DNA from: Polyangiales bacterium
GTDB lineage: Bacteria; Myxococcota_A; Polyangia; Polyangiales; JADJQN01
Length of the DNA: 64,000 nt
NCBI GenBank assembly: GCA_964202905.1
Contig: CAXNJO010000010.1
Coordinates: 32,001 to 96,000 of the forward strand
Direction: 5' to 3'
The notes under the pieces are model-generated. The model saw only the letters and a program-made list of their open reading frames with translations, was not told the DNA's origin and made no database searches. Of the stretch, positions 9,755 to 21,441 are shown piece after piece. Position numbers and translations under genes: made by a program. Every line of letters begins with the position of its first letter. The first letter of the stretch is position 1.

Positions 9755-12234
9755 GGCGGGCGACGCGCGGACTCACCGCGCTCCTGGCGGCGGTCGCGCT
9801 CGTCGTGGCCTGCGGGTGCGGCGGCCCTCCGCAGGCGGTGCGGGTCGTGACGCCCGCGGCAGCGCGCAGGGTTGCGCCGACAGCTGCCCCCCCGCCGACG
9901 CTCGTGCGCGTCGCGGGCGCCGGGACGCTCGCCCTGCCCCGCGCGACGCCGGACGCCGTGCACCTCGCGCTCTTCGTCGATGCCGGCTGGCGGGACGCGA
10001 CGCCACCCCAACTCGCGACGGCCACGGCGTGGCTCGCCGCGGCCCGCAGCCCGGGCGTCACGGCGCGCGTCGAGCCGGATCTCGTCGCCTGGTCCGTCGA
10101 TTGCCCGCGATCGCGGCTCTCGGCATGCACCGATCAGCTCGCCGGGATGCTCGCGCTGCGCGAGGCCGACGAGGACGAGCTCGTGGCCGTGCGACGCGCG
10201 CTCGTCGAGGCACGAAGGCGGGCGCGGACGGACGAGGCGCGCACCGCCGATGGGCTCGCGGTCGCGGCGCTCCTCGATGTGCCGCAGGCAGGCGCGTTCG
10301 GGGAGGCCGACGACGACGCCCGCGTCGATGCGGACGCGGTCGCGCGGTTCGCGGGGCAACACCTCGGTCCCGCCCGCGCGCTCTTCGTCGCGGCCGGCGA
10401 CGTGGACGCGGCGACGCTCGCGGCGGCGGTCGAGACGGCCCTCGCGGGGGTGCCCGACGCAGCCGCGACGCGGCGCGGGTCGATGCCTCCGGCCGCGCGG
10501 CGCAGCGGGGCGCCGCCCGTGCGCGTCGTCGTCGGCGAGTCGGAGGTCGTCAGCGTCGCGCTGCGGGTCGACGACGCCGGGCGCGCTCGCGCGATCGCCG
10601 CGCAGATCGCCGCGGAGGGGACAGCGCCCGACGCGACGGTGCGTGCGTTCGCGTTGCGGGGCGGCGGGGTCGTGCTGCTGCGGCAGGCGGGTCGTCGACG
10701 CGGCGCCGACGGGGCCGCGCGCTGGGCCGCGCACACCGCCGCGGGGCTCGAGATGGTGCGCAGGGAGGTCGTCGACGCCGCGCCCGCGCCGGTCCCCGAC
10801 GCCCTCGACGCGCTCGTGCGCGCGCACGGCCGCGCGTTCGCGACGGGCGACACCTGGCCCGGGATGGCGCAGGGGCGGCACGCGAGCGAGATGCCGGAGG
10901 ACACGCACGCGATCGCCGCCGGGGTCGTCGTGCGCGGAGAACGGACGCGGCGACTGCGCGGGCCGGACCCGGACGACGCGCTGGCCCACGACGTGGAATC
11001 GTCGATGGTCGCCGCCATCGACGCGCGCCTCGGGGCGCTCGACGACGCGGACGACGCGACGGGCGACGGGACGCCGCTGCGCAATGGCGCGCGGCTCGTC
11101 GTGCAGGCGCTGCCGGGTGCGGGTGAGCGCGCGCTCGCCGTGCGCTTCGCGGCGGAGCTCTCCGCGGAGCACGCCGGCGTCCTCGGCCGCGCGGGACTCA
11201 CGGCGGAGGCGCTCGCGGTCGCATGCCGAGTGCAACTGGGGCGCGGCGGCGCCGCATTGCAGGCGGTGGTGGGCGCGGGCTCGTGGGGCGTGCTCGCGAC
11301 GGCGCGGAACGACGACGCGCTCGTCCACGCGCTGCGCTGCGTGCTCGACGCGTTGCCCGACGACGCAGCCATCGACGAGGCGCGGCGACGACGGGTGGCA
11401 TCGCTCGCGCCGGCCAACGCGCCCGCCCTCCACGCGCGCGCGCTCGCGGCCCGCGCGCTCGTCCCGGCGACGCCAGGCCTCCTCGCGCCAGAGGGCACCG
11501 CGGAATCGGCCGCGTCCGTCCCAGCGTCGGAGGTGCGGTCGCTGCTCGCGCGGTCGCGCGTCGGTGCACGCGCGCACGTCGTGTGGGCGGGTGACGGCGG
11601 CGCAGGCGGTCAGGCTGCGCAGGTCGCGCGCCGCCTCGCCGGGCTCGACGGGGGAGCCCCGTGCGCGCCGCCGACGCACGGGGACGCAGCGATGGAGGAC
11701 GTGCTCGCCGCCGAGGGGCCGGGCCCCGGCGTTCGTGCCGTGATCGCGCTCCGCGCAGCGGCGCCCCGTGCACCGCATGCCCAGGGCGACACGCCGCCCG
11801 ACGACGGCCTCGACGCGCAGGCCTTCGCGCTCTCCGTCGCCACGCTCCTTGGGGAAGCCCCGGGCGTCCGCGTCCTCGCGGCCGATGGCGCGAGGGTCGG
11901 CCCGACCGACGTCGCCGCGTGGATCGCGCTCTCGCTCGACGAGTCCGCGCTCGCGGCGCTCGCCGTCACGACGCGGCAGGCGCTCGCCGTGCTCGACGCC
12001 GACCCACTCGGCACCGACGCCGTCCGGCGCACGCGCGACCAGCTCGCCGCCCTCGACGCCGCCTCCCGCGCGCAGCCGGCGATCGTCGCGGATCGGCTCG
12101 CGCGTGCCTCCGCGGAGGGTGTCGACGCGACGCACGCCGCGGGGGACGACGCCTCGCTCGTCCGCGTCGTCGACGCGCTCGCCGCGGCGCGCTTGCACGT
12201 CGTCGTCGCGCGCCCCGCGAGGCCCGATCGTTGA
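9751..12234 (+). CDS. Large lipoprotein, degenerate M16 (insulinase-like) peptidase fold without a catalytic motif
   Basis: Lipobox-like LVVACGC; M16-like segments (DAVARFAGQHLGPARALFVAAGDVD; TPLRNGARLVV; EVRSLLARSRVGARAHVVWAGD); no HXXEH; overlaps plsY stop. Confidence 0.5.
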   Translation: MRRATRGLTALLAAVALVVACGCGGPPQAVRVVTPAAARRVAPTAAPPPTLVRVAGAGTLALPRATPDAVHLALFVDAGWRDATPPQLATATAWLAAARSPGVTARVEPDLVAWSVDCPRSRLSACTDQLAGMLALREADEDELVAVRRALVEARRRARTDEARTADGLAVAALLDVPQAGAFGEADDDARVDADAVARFAGQHLGPARALFVAAGDVDAATLAAAVETALAGVPDAAATRRGSMPPAARRSGAPPVRVVVGESEVVSVALRVDDAGRARAIAAQIAAEGTAPDATVRAFALRGGGVVLLRQAGRRRGADGAARWAAHTAAGLEMVRREVVDAAPAPVPDALDALVRAHGRAFATGDTWPGMAQGRHASEMPEDTHAIAAGVVVRGERTRRLRGPDPDDALAHDVESSMVAAIDARLGALDDADDATGDGTPLRNGARLVVQALPGAGERALAVRFAAELSAEHAGVLGRAGLTAEALAVACRVQLGRGGAALQAVVGAGSWGVLATARNDDALVHALRCVLDALPDDAAIDEARRRRVASLAPANAPALHARALAARALVPATPGLLAPEGTAESAASVPASEVRSLLARSRVGARAHVVWAGDGGAGGQAAQVARRLAGLDGGAPCAPPTHGDAAMEDVLAAEGPGPGVRAVIALRAAAPRAPHAQGDTPPDDGLDAQAFALSVATLLGEAPGVRVLAADGARVGPTDVAAWIALSLDESALAALAVTTRQALAVLDADPLGTDAVRRTRDQLAALDAASRAQPAIVADRLARASAEGVDATHAAGDDASLVRVVDALAAARLHVVVARPARPDR

Positions 12235-12270
12235 GGCGTCGCGGGGCGCTCCACGGTGCGGCGGAGCGCG

Positions 12271-12330
12271 TTGACGGGTCAAACCGTGCGTGTTAATCCC
12301 GGCGCGTGCCGAGCGGTGAATCGCCATTCA
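12271..12330 (+). promoter_or_regulatory. Putative promoter (TTGACG...TGTTAAT) and FadR-type operator TGAATcgccATTCA
   Basis: TTGACG at 12271 (inside palindrome TTGACggGTCAA), TTAAT near 12293, palindrome at 12317-12330 just upstream of the TetR gene. Confidence 0.7.
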
Positions 12331-12356
12331 GTTCGCGGGTCCGCAAGCCGCGCGCT

Positions 12357-13100
12357 GTGTCGTCGACCCCCGAGATCCCCGCGCCCTCCGCCCTTCCGCG
12401 CGCCGACACCAAGGCACGCGCGAAGGCAGCCCCCGAGTCGTCCGAAGCCCCCACCGAGAAGGGCCGCGGCGCAGGCACGCCGGACAAGCGCGAGCGCATC
12501 CTCCGCGCCGCGATCAAGGTCTTCGCGCGGAAGGGCTTCCACGCGACGCGCGTCAACGAGATCGCGAAGGCCGCCGGCGTCGCGGACGGCACCATCTACC
12601 TCTACTTCAAGAACAAGGACGACGTGCTCGTCTGCATCTTCGAGGACCGCATCACGCGTCTCCTCGAGGTGCTGCGCCGCGAGCTCGAGCGCTCGCCGTC
12701 GTTCGAGGAGCGCATGCGCCGGATCGTCGGCCTGCAGCTCGGGCTGCTCGAAGGGCAGCGCGACCTCGCCGAGGTGATCACCGTCAACCTCCGCCAGTCG
12801 TCGAAGCTGCTCAAGCAGTACGCGACCCCCCTCTTCGTCGAGTACCTCGAGGTGCTCGCGAGCGTCATCGCCGACGGGCAGCGCGAGGGCGTCGTCCGCA
12901 CGGACGCGCACCCGCGCATCCTCGCGCGCGCGTTGTTCGGCGCGCTCGACGGAGTCGCGCTCACCTGGGCGCTCGGCGGAGCCGAGCCCGGGACTCTCAC
13001 GAAAGCTGCCGTCCAGATCACGTCCGTGTTCCTCGACGGCATCCGCGTCCGCTCTCCGCAGTCACACGCTCTCTCATCACACTCCCCGGAGGAACCGTGA
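12357..13100 (+). CDS. TetR-family regulator, FadR/YsiA-like (fatty acid degradation)
   Basis: HTH EIAKAAGVADGTIYLYFKNKDDVL closely matches the Bacillus FadR HTH as recalled; coupled to etfBA. Confidence 0.9.
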   Translation: MSSTPEIPAPSALPRADTKARAKAAPESSEAPTEKGRGAGTPDKRERILRAAIKVFARKGFHATRVNEIAKAAGVADGTIYLYFKNKDDVLVCIFEDRITRLLEVLRRELERSPSFEERMRRIVGLQLGLLEGQRDLAEVITVNLRQSSKLLKQYATPLFVEYLEVLASVIADGQREGVVRTDAHPRILARALFGALDGVALTWALGGAEPGTLTKAAVQITSVFLDGIRVRSPQSHALSSHSPEEP

Positions 13101-13930
13101 AGATCCTCGTTCCAGTGAAGCGGGTCGCCGACCCGGACAACGCCAACAAGGTGAAGGTTGCCGCCGACGCCTCGCGCGTCACCACGGACGGCCTCGAGTG
13201 GAAGATCAACCCCTTCGACGAGTACGCCGTCGAAGCGGCGCTGCGCCTCAACGAGAACGCGAAGACGCAGGAGAAGCTCGGCGAGACCATCGTCGTCTCG
13301 ATCGGGCCGAAGGACGCGGCGCAGACGCTGCGCCAGGCGCTCGCGATGGGTGCGGACCGCGCGGTCCACGTGCTCGCCGAGGACGAGCAGCTCGACTCGT
13401 TCGTCGTCGCCCGCGCGCTCAAGGCCATCGTCGACAAGGAGCAGCCCGACGTCGTCGTACTCGGCAAGCAGGCCGTCGACGGCGACTCCAACACCGCGGG
13501 GCAGATCCTCGGTGAGTTGCTCGGCTGGCCGGTCGCGTCGTTCGCGGCGACGATCGAGACGGGCGACGCGGGCAAGAGCTTCGTCGTCGGCCGCGAGGTC
13601 GACACGGGCGTGCTCAAGGTGAAGGTCACCGCGCCCGCCGTCATCACCGTCGACCTGCGCATCGTCGCGCCCGCGTCCGTGCGCAACGGCGCGACGCCCG
13701 CCGATCACGCGTACGGCGAGGGCGCGCGCTACGCCTCGCTCAAGGGCATCATGGCCGCGAAGAAGAAGCCGATCGACGAGCAGACGCTCGCCGCGCTCGG
13801 CGTCGACGCGACGACGACGTCCCGCTACACGAAGTTCGAGCTGCCGCCCGCGCGCAAGGGCGGCGCGAAGTTCGTCGCCGACGTCAACGAGCTCGTCTCG
13901 CTCCTCCAGAGCGAGGCGAAGGTCCTCTGA
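13097..13930 (+). CDS. etfB: Electron transfer flavoprotein beta subunit
   Basis: [60 protein letters not shown]. Confidence 0.96.
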   Translation: MKILVPVKRVADPDNANKVKVAADASRVTTDGLEWKINPFDEYAVEAALRLNENAKTQEKLGETIVVSIGPKDAAQTLRQALAMGADRAVHVLAEDEQLDSFVVARALKAIVDKEQPDVVVLGKQAVDGDSNTAGQILGELLGWPVASFAATIETGDAGKSFVVGREVDTGVLKVKVTAPAVITVDLRIVAPASVRNGATPADHAYGEGARYASLKGIMAAKKKPIDEQTLAALGVDATTTSRYTKFELPPARKGGAKFVADVNELVSLLQSEAKVL

Positions 13931-13971
13931 GCGTTCGTCCTGCCACCCGAGACAACCGAGGAACACGAACC

Positions 13972-14946
13972 ATGACGGACGTTCTGGTCATCGCAGAGCT
14001 GCTCGACGGCAAGGTGCGCAAGACGACGCACAGCGCCATCACCCTCGCCAAGACGATCGCCGCCGGGACGGGCGGCGCCTTCGACGTCCTCGCCATCGGC
14101 GACGGCGCGAAGTCCGCCGCGGCCGAGCTGACGGGCTTCGGCGCGCGCAAGATCTTCGCCACGCAGATCGACGGGGGCTACCTCGCCGAGAAGTACGCGC
14201 CCACGGTCGCCTCGATCGGCGGCGGTTACGGCGTGCTCACCGTGACCGCGAGCACCTTCGGCAAGGACCTCGCGCCCCGCGTCGCGGCGCGCCTCGGCGC
14301 GGGCGTCGCGAGCGACATCAGCGGCGTCACCGTCGACGGCGGGACGCTCAGCTACAAGCGGCCGATGTACGCGGGCAACGTGTACGGTCACGTGCAGATC
14401 ACGACGGCGACCCAGGTCGTGACGCCGCGTCAGTCGGAGGTCGCGCCTGCGCAGCCCACGGGCGGCGCGAGCCCGATCGAGGACCTCGCCCTGGTGGCGG
14501 GCGGTGCGGCGAGCGGGCGCATCGAGTTCGTCGCGCTCGAGCAGAGCACGAAGTCCGCGCGCCCCGAGCTGAGCGAGGCTGCGACCGTCGTGTCGGGCGG
14601 TCGCGCGCTGAAGAGCGCCGAGGGCTTCCAGACGGTACTCGAGCCGCTCGTCGACGCCTTCGGCGCGGCGATGGGCGCGAGCCGCGCGGCGTGCGACGCG
14701 GGCTACGTGCCCAACGACCTGCAGGTCGGCCAGACGGGCAAGGTCGTCGCCCCGAAGCTCTACGTCGCGGTCGGCATCTCGGGCGCGATCCAGCATCTCG
14801 CGGGCATGAAGGGTTCGAAGGTCATCGTCGCGGTCAACAAGGACAAGGAGGCGCCGATCGCACAGGTCGCCGACTACTTCCTCGTCGCGGACCTGTTCAA
14901 GGTCATCCCCGAACTGACGGACGCGGTCAAGAAGGCGCGCGCCTAG
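13972..14946 (+). CDS. etfA: Electron transfer flavoprotein alpha subunit
   Basis: [47 protein letters not shown]. Confidence 0.97.
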   Translation: MTDVLVIAELLDGKVRKTTHSAITLAKTIAAGTGGAFDVLAIGDGAKSAAAELTGFGARKIFATQIDGGYLAEKYAPTVASIGGGYGVLTVTASTFGKDLAPRVAARLGAGVASDISGVTVDGGTLSYKRPMYAGNVYGHVQITTATQVVTPRQSEVAPAQPTGGASPIEDLALVAGGAASGRIEFVALEQSTKSARPELSEAATVVSGGRALKSAEGFQTVLEPLVDAFGAAMGASRAACDAGYVPNDLQVGQTGKVVAPKLYVAVGISGAIQHLAGMKGSKVIVAVNKDKEAPIAQVADYFLVADLFKVIPELTDAVKKARA

Positions 14947-14976
14947 CGCTGCGCCGCCGCGCGTCGGCATGCACGG

Positions 14977-15010
14977 AGGGCCCGGCGACCACCTCGCCGG
15001 GCCCTTTTTC
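14977..15010 (+). terminator. Intrinsic terminator after etfA
   Basis: 12-bp stem agggcccggcga / tcgccgggccct followed by a T run. Confidence 0.85.
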
Positions 15011-15247
15011 GTTGATCGCGCAGCGCTTCGCTCGGGCGTTGGGCAGCGGAGTGCGACGACGCGCAGGCAGGCGTGCAGTGCCCTCCGAGGACGTGCCCCG
15101 GCTGGCGCCTCGCCAGCGCGCGCACCGCGACGCGCTCGAGCGCACGGCGCCGGCGGCCGGTGCGGCGGCGCACAGGACGACCGCCGCACGCCCGAGCCAC
15201 GCGCAACAATCGACTTGTCAACGGGCGACCTCTAAGCTGGCGCCGCC

Positions 15248-16786
15248 ATGCGCCCCCACGCGCGTCCGCTCCCCGACTCCGCCGTGCCGCGCGCCGCCGC
15301 GCTCGCGCTCTGCGTCCTCGCATGGGTTGCGCCGGCCCGCGCCGACGGCCCGTACGACGGCGCGTGGCGCGCGAGCGGAACACGCGTCGAGGTGACGATC
15401 CGCAGCTGGGGCGCAGACTGCGGGCCGCGACCGCAGTCGTTCTCGTCGGGCGGCGGCGGCACCGTGCAGATCGCGCAGGAAGGCGATCACCTCGTCTTCC
15501 GCGGCCAACGCACGACACGGACCGACGGTTGCTGGAGCGAGAACCGCGCGGTCCGGCGCGTGTCGACGTCGGTGCAAGGGAGCACGTGGCGCACGGTCTG
15601 CCGCACGCCGCCCGGCGACTCGCGCGGCGAAACCGGTACGTACACGCTGCGCGCGTCGGGCGACGACGCGCTCGCGTTCACGGATTCGAGCGAATACGAC
15701 TGGGCGCTCAACGAGTCGCGCTGCACGGCGACCATCACCACGACGCAGTCCTTCTCCCGCACGCGGGCCGCGACACCGACGCCGCCTCCCCCTCCGCCGC
15801 CCGACGAGCCCGCCGAGCGCGCTTGCACACCGGGCGCCCCCGCGCGGATCGCGATGCGTCCGGAGCGGGCACGCGTGCAGCCGGGCGAGCGTGTCTGCGT
15901 CCGCGCGCGCGTCGTCGATGCGAGCGGCTGCGCGGTCCCGGGCCAGACGATCGCGTGGGACCTCGAACGCCCGGCGGGTCGCGCCGGCACCCTCGACGAC
16001 GGCTGCTTCCAGGCCGGGACGAATGCGGCCGACGCGGAGGGCGAGTTCCGCCTGCAGGCGACGAGCGGCGGGCTGCGCGGCGATGCGGTGCTCACCGTGC
16101 GCGCGCAGGATCTCTCGGACCTGATCGCCCGTCGCGGCGAACAGGGCGCAGTCGGCGTGCTCGCGGGCACCGACGCGACGGCGCGCACCGAGGGCGCGGC
16201 GCGGGTCGAGGCGCGCGCGGTCGATGACGAGGGGGGCTCGCTGCTCCTGCCGCTGGTCGGGGCGGGCGTCGCGCTTCTGCTCCTGCTCGGCGGCGTGGCG
16301 CTGCTGCTCGGCGGCAAGAAGAAGCGGAAGCCGGAGCCCGCGCCGTCGGGCGTCTCCACGCCGTCGGCCGCCCCGCTGCCATCGTCCGCGATCGCGCGAC
16401 CGCCCGCGGCCGCATCGGTCCGCGCGCCAGCCGCTGCAGGCGGGGCGCAGAAGCTGTGCCCGCTGTGCCACCTCGAGGTGGAGGGCGAGACGGCCTTCTG
16501 CCCGCGGGACGGCACGGCGCTCGTGGGCGCGCCGCAAGGGGGCCCGGCGACGCCGTCGCAGGCGCTGATCTGCCCGACCTGCCGCCGCGGCTTCCCGCCC
16601 TCGGCGCGGTTCTGCCCGCACGACTCCGACGAGCTCGTGCCCTACGCGATGTTTGCCGCGCGCTCGAAGGCCCCCACGGGCACCGAGGGCGCCAAGCCGC
16701 AAATCTGCCCCCAATGCGGAGAGCGCTACGACGCGACCACCGCGTTCTGCGGCAAGGACGGCTCGCCACTCGTCACCGTGAACTGA
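15248..16786 (+). CDS. Single-pass membrane protein: Cys-containing extracytoplasmic region, TM helix, three C-terminal zinc ribbons
   Basis: Signal peptide ending [66 protein letters not shown]. Confidence 0.75.
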   Translation: MRPHARPLPDSAVPRAAALALCVLAWVAPARADGPYDGAWRASGTRVEVTIRSWGADCGPRPQSFSSGGGGTVQIAQEGDHLVFRGQRTTRTDGCWSENRAVRRVSTSVQGSTWRTVCRTPPGDSRGETGTYTLRASGDDALAFTDSSEYDWALNESRCTATITTTQSFSRTRAATPTPPPPPPPDEPAERACTPGAPARIAMRPERARVQPGERVCVRARVVDASGCAVPGQTIAWDLERPAGRAGTLDDGCFQAGTNAADAEGEFRLQATSGGLRGDAVLTVRAQDLSDLIARRGEQGAVGVLAGTDATARTEGAARVEARAVDDEGGSLLLPLVGAGVALLLLLGGVALLLGGKKKRKPEPAPSGVSTPSAAPLPSSAIARPPAAASVRAPAAAGGAQKLCPLCHLEVEGETAFCPRDGTALVGAPQGGPATPSQALICPTCRRGFPPSARFCPHDSDELVPYAMFAARSKAPTGTEGAKPQICPQCGERYDATTAFCGKDGSPLVTVN

Positions 16787-17094
16787 CGGCGCCCGTCGCG
16801 AAGGACCGGGAGCCGCTCGCTGGCATCCGCGAAAGCCGGGGCCCAGCGAGCGCGATCGTGCGCGCGCTACCCAAAGGCACGCCCAGCGGGGGTTCCATGT
16901 CGGCGTGGAGGCATGGGCGTTCGCGGGTGGACGCCCACGCGACGGCTCTTGATCGGCTCGGCGCGGGGCAGCTATGATGCCGCCCCAACGACGGAATCCG
17001 GCGATGCCGCGCCGCTCGCCGCATGCCTCCGGAACGCGTCCGGGAGCCACTCCCATCCCTGCCCGCTGAACTGCACGTCGAGAGGACAAGCGAG

Positions 17095-18887
17095 ATGAAG
17101 ATCGTCTGCGAGAACTGCGGCGCGAAGTACTCGATCGCCGACGAGAAGGTCGCCGGGAAGGTGTTCAAGATCCGCTGCAAGAAGTGCAGCGAGGTCATCG
17201 TGGTACGCGGCGATCAGGGCGACGACGAGTCGACGCGCGTCCTCGACGGCTCGCAGGCCGCGCCCCCGGTCGGCGGCGAGGCCGTGTGGCACATCGTCGT
17301 GAGCGGCGACCAGCAGGGGCCGTTCACGCCCGCGCAGATCAGCGACATGCTCAGCGCCGGGACCGTCGACTGGGAGGCGTACGTCTGGCGCGAGGGCTTC
17401 GACAATTGGCTGCCCGCGCGCGACGTGGAGCCGCTCGTGCAGGCGATCACCGGGGGCGGCGACGCGGGAGGCGGCGCGGCCGCCGGCGCGGCGGGCGACT
17501 TCGGCGCGGACCCGTTCGGCGGAGCGGCCGGTGGCGCCGATCCCTTCGGCGGCGGCGCGTTCGGGGCGGAATCAATCCCGGCGCCCGCGCCCGAGAAGGC
17601 CCCCGCGGCCCGTGCGCCGCGCGCAGGCGGTAGCGATCTCTTCGGCCAGTCGGAGGCGAGCCCGTTCGGCGGTGGCGGCGACGACGACGACGGCGTGGTG
17701 GCCTCGGCCCCGAGCCCGCGTGTCTCGAGTCAGCAGGCGGCGCTCACCGGACAGCGCAACGAGAACTCCGTGCTCTTCTCGCTCGCCAACCTCCAGGCGC
17801 TCGCCACCGGCACGCCGAGCAGCAGCGGGTCGACGGCGGCGCCGTCGAGCAGCGCGCAGCCGAGGGCCGGCATGGCGTCCGGGGAGGGCTCGGGCCTCAT
17901 CGACATCCGCGCTCTCGCGGGGGGCCTCGGGGGCGGGGCATCGGCATCCATGGGCGCAACGCCCGCCAAGAAGGACGCCGTCGACGACCTGCTCTCGATC
18001 GGCTCGGGCGGCTCGCCGTTCGCGCCCACGCTCGGCGCGCCGATGTTGGCGCCCGTCAAGCAGGAGTCCAGCAACAAGGGCCTGATCATCGGCGTGAGCG
18101 TCGGCGTCGCGGCGGTCGTCGCAGCGGCAGCGGTCGTGCTGGTCGTCATGCTCGGGAACAAGAAGGACGACGCGGCGGAGGCGGGGGGCACCCTCGCGCC
18201 GAGCCGCCGGCGGCGCCGGCCACCGTCGCGGCGCCCGCGGCCGCGGCTCCGATCGCACCCGCAGCGCCGCCGGCGGCCGAGCCCGCCGCAGTCGCTGCAC
18301 CGGTCGCGGCCGACACGGTGGCCGCAGCGCCCGCTCCCGCGGACGACGAGCGCAACGGCGCGCGTCGCAGCGGGTCGCGACGCACGGGCGGCGGCGGAGA
18401 GACCGCCGCGGCGCCGAGCGCGCCGACCGCACCGAGCGCACCTTCGGGCGGCGGAGGCGGTGGCGGCGGGGGCGGCAGCGCACCGGCCCCGCGGCGAGCC
18501 GGCGGCGGCGGCGGCGGCGGCAGCATCGACGACCTCCTCGGGCAGGCGCTCGGCGGCGGTGGCCCGGCAGCGCGTCCGGCGGCAAACAGCGGCGGCGGGG
18601 GCGGAGGCAGCGACGCCTCGCTCCCGGAGCAGCCGGGCCGCGATCAGGTGCGTGCAGCGCTCACGGCGGTTCAGGCGGCGGTCACGGCATGTGGCGGCGG
18701 CGAGCACGGCCTCGCGATGACGGCGATCACCGTCGCGGGCTCGAGCGGGCGCGTGACGAACGCGGTCGTCTCCGGCCAGTTCGCCGGCACGCCCGTCGGC
18801 TCCTGCGTGGCCCGCGCCGCGCGCAGCGCACGCTTCCCGCGGTTCCGCAACGACACCTTCTCGGTCAGCTTCCCCTTCCGGCTCTGA
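17095..18887 (+). CDS. AgmX/GltJ-like gliding-motility protein (zinc finger + GYF_2 + TM + TonB-C-like), frameshift near 18190
   Basis: MKIVCENCGAKYSIADEKVAGKVFKIRCKKC; WHIVVSGDQQGPF...YVWREGFDNW; GQRNENSVLFSL; C-terminus GTPVGSCVARAARSARFPRF..FPFRL lies in another frame (18318-18887). Confidence 0.8.
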
Positions 18888-18976
18888 CCACGGCGGGGCG
18901 CACGCGACCGGCGTCGCGCCCCGACCTCCGCGCACGGCCGTCCACCGACGGCCCCGACTCCCCCGGACGCCGCCCC

Positions 18977-19705
18977 TCAAGGGCGGCGTCGGCGTTTCGT
19001 GCGCAGCCCGATGGCACCCAGCACGAGCAGCGCGACGCCAGCGAGTGCGCCCGCGATCACGCGCCCATCGAGCGGCGCCTCCGGCGTGCGGAGCGCCGCG
19101 CTGAACACGCGCCCGGCGGGGGGCGCGAAGTCCCGCCCGAAACTCAGCGCCGGCTCGAGATCGCGCGGCGACTCGCCCATCCCGGCGCGCAGCAGCTCGG
19201 CGCCGTCCCGCGCCTGAAACACGACGTCCGTGCGCTCGAAGCGCCCGACGTCCATGGCGTCACGGATCTGCAGGACGTGCTCGCCGCCCGGCAACGGAAT
19301 GTGCGCGACCCGCTCGACCGTGACCGGCTGCGCCGCGATCGGCCCGATCGGCTCGAGCACACCGTCCCGCCAGACGATCCCCTCCGCGGCCGCGCCGTCG
19401 ATCTCCACCCGGAGTTCGCGCGCGAGCTCGGCGCCCCACCCTGCGAGGTAGGCGTCGGCCTCGGCGCGGGAGAGCGCGCCGTCGCCGTCCGTGTCCGCCG
19501 GCTCGAGGGCGAGGCGCGTCTCGGACGGACCGAGCATCAACGAGACCACTATGCGCACCTCGCCCGGCGCGGCGTCCACCTTGAGGTAGCGCTCCGCGCG
19601 GAGGACGAGGTGGCCGAGGTGTGCCTGCGCGCGCGTGGGCGCGCCGAGCGTGAGCGGGATCGCGAGAGCGGCGAGCGCGCCCCCCCGCAGCCCCGCGCGG
19701 GTCAT
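18977..19705 (-). CDS. Exported hypothetical protein with EF-hand-like loop and C-terminal TM
   Basis: Signal peptide AQA-H, DTDGDGALSRAE, C-terminal hydrophobic helix then KRRRR; overlaps pepA stop. Confidence 0.6.
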   Translation of the reverse strand: MTRAGLRGGALAALAIPLTLGAPTRAQAHLGHLVLRAERYLKVDAAPGEVRIVVSLMLGPSETRLALEPADTDGDGALSRAEADAYLAGWGAELARELRVEIDGAAAEGIVWRDGVLEPIGPIAAQPVTVERVAHIPLPGGEHVLQIRDAMDVGRFERTDVVFQARDGAELLRAGMGESPRDLEPALSFGRDFAPPAGRVFSAALRTPEAPLDGRVIAGALAGVALLVLGAIGLRTKRRRRP

Positions 19706-21177
19706 GCGAGCTGCTCGAGGAAGCGCAGCGCGGTGAGCACGCCGAAGCCGGTGCCGCCCTTCGGGTAGATGCTGCGCGCGCGGTCGGCGAAGGTCGGGCC
19801 CGCGATGTCGAGGTGCGCCCACTTCGTCTTGCCCACGAACTCACGGAGGAAGAGCGCGCCGGTGATCGAGCCGCCGTACGCGTCGCCCGTGTGCTTGAGG
19901 TCGGCGATGTCGCTCTTGAGCGTCTCGCGGAGCTCGTCGGTGAGCGGCAAGCGCCAGTAGCTCTCGCCCGTGTCCTCCGCCGCGGCCGCGTACTTCTTCG
20001 CGAGCCCGTCGTCGTTCGAGAAGAGGCCCGCGGTGATGGCGCCGAGCGCGACCATGCACGCGCCGGTGAGCGTGGCGTGGTCGACGAGGTAGTCGGGCTC
20101 GAGCTCCCGGGCGTAGGCGAGCGCGTCCGCGAGGACGAGACGGCCCTCGGCGTCGGTGTTGATGATCTCCACCGTCTTGCCATCGAGCGACGGGAAGACG
20201 TCGCCCGGGCGGTAGGCGTCACCGTCCGGCATGTTCTCGACGCAGCCGAGGATGCCGTGCACCTCGAGCGGAAGACCGAGGTGCGCCGCCGCGAGCACGG
20301 TGGCGAGCGTGACGGCGGCGCCCCCCATGTCGCACTTCATCTCGATCATCGACTTCGCGGGCTTGATGCAGAGTCCGCCGGAGTCGAACGTCAGGCCCTT
20401 GCCGACGAAGACGACCTTCTTCGTGCCCTTCTTGGCCTTCTTGGGCGTGTATTTGAGGTGGACCAGGCGGGGCTTGTTCGCGCTGCCGCGGGCGACCGCG
20501 AGCAGCAGGTGCATGCCGCGCTTCTCCATCGCCTTCTCGTCGAGGATCGTGCACTCGATGCCCAGCTTGTGGGCCTCGGACTTCGCCGTCGCTGCGAACG
20601 CGATCGGGTGGAGATCGTTCGGCGGCGCGTTCACGAGATCGCGCGCGAGGTTCACACAGCCGGCGATCGCGAGGCCCTCGTCGACGGCGGCGTGGGCGTC
20701 CTTGCCGGCCTTCTCGCCGAGCAGGACGGCGATCTCGCCGAGCGCGCGCTTGGGCTTGCGCTCCCCGGTGAGGTAACGCGTGTAGCGGTAGCTCCCCGTC
20801 CCGAGGCCCTCGGCGAGCGCGCGGAGCGACCCTTCGGCCGCGCTCGGCGCGACGACCGCGAGCGTCCCGAGCCGCGCCGCGAGCTGCGAGGCCTTCACGC
20901 CGAAGGCGCGCGCGTCACGCGTGCTGACGCTCCCCGCCCCGAGCCCGATGATCGCGAGCCGCGTCGCCTTCAGGCCGTGGGGCAGCGCGACGCTCAGCGT
21001 CTCGCCGAGCCCCGCCTTGAAGCCATCCTCGGCGATGAGGCGTTGGAGCGCGCCGCCGAGCGCGTGGTCGATCGCCTTGAGCGTCGCGTCCTTGGTGAGT
21101 CGATCGGACTTGACGCCGACGGCGAGGAGATCGGCCTCGGCGACGAGCGGTGCATGCGTGGACAGAACGATCTTCAT
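19702..21177 (-). CDS. pepA: Leucyl aminopeptidase (M17)
   Basis: VGKGLTFDSGG, MKCDMGGAA, NTDAEGRLVLADAL, ATLTGA, WAHLDIAG. Confidence 0.96.
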   Translation of the reverse strand: MKIVLSTHAPLVAEADLLAVGVKSDRLTKDATLKAIDHALGGALQRLIAEDGFKAGLGETLSVALPHGLKATRLAIIGLGAGSVSTRDARAFGVKASQLAARLGTLAVVAPSAAEGSLRALAEGLGTGSYRYTRYLTGERKPKRALGEIAVLLGEKAGKDAHAAVDEGLAIAGCVNLARDLVNAPPNDLHPIAFAATAKSEAHKLGIECTILDEKAMEKRGMHLLLAVARGSANKPRLVHLKYTPKKAKKGTKKVVFVGKGLTFDSGGLCIKPAKSMIEMKCDMGGAAVTLATVLAAAHLGLPLEVHGILGCVENMPDGDAYRPGDVFPSLDGKTVEIINTDAEGRLVLADALAYARELEPDYLVDHATLTGACMVALGAITAGLFSNDDGLAKKYAAAAEDTGESYWRLPLTDELRETLKSDIADLKHTGDAYGGSITGALFLREFVGKTKWAHLDIAGPTFADRARSIYPKGGTGFGVLTALRFLEQLA

Positions 21178-21441
21178 GTTCCTCCGGGGAGCGCGCGCTG
21201 CGGATGCCTTCGCTCGCCTCGGCGCGGCTGCCGGGCGTCGGGCCGGGCGCATCCTGCCACGCGCGCGCGGCGCGGGACAAGCCTCGTCAACGCCGCCGGC
21301 GGGCCGACGGCGGCCGCCAGCGGCGCCGCCATGTCCGGCGCGCAAGTCCGCGAACCCACGTGGTCGCGCGGCGGCACGCGCCCTGCTCGAGGCCTCTGCA
21401 CGAGCGACCGCGATGACCGCGGCGCGACACGGGAGGACTCG

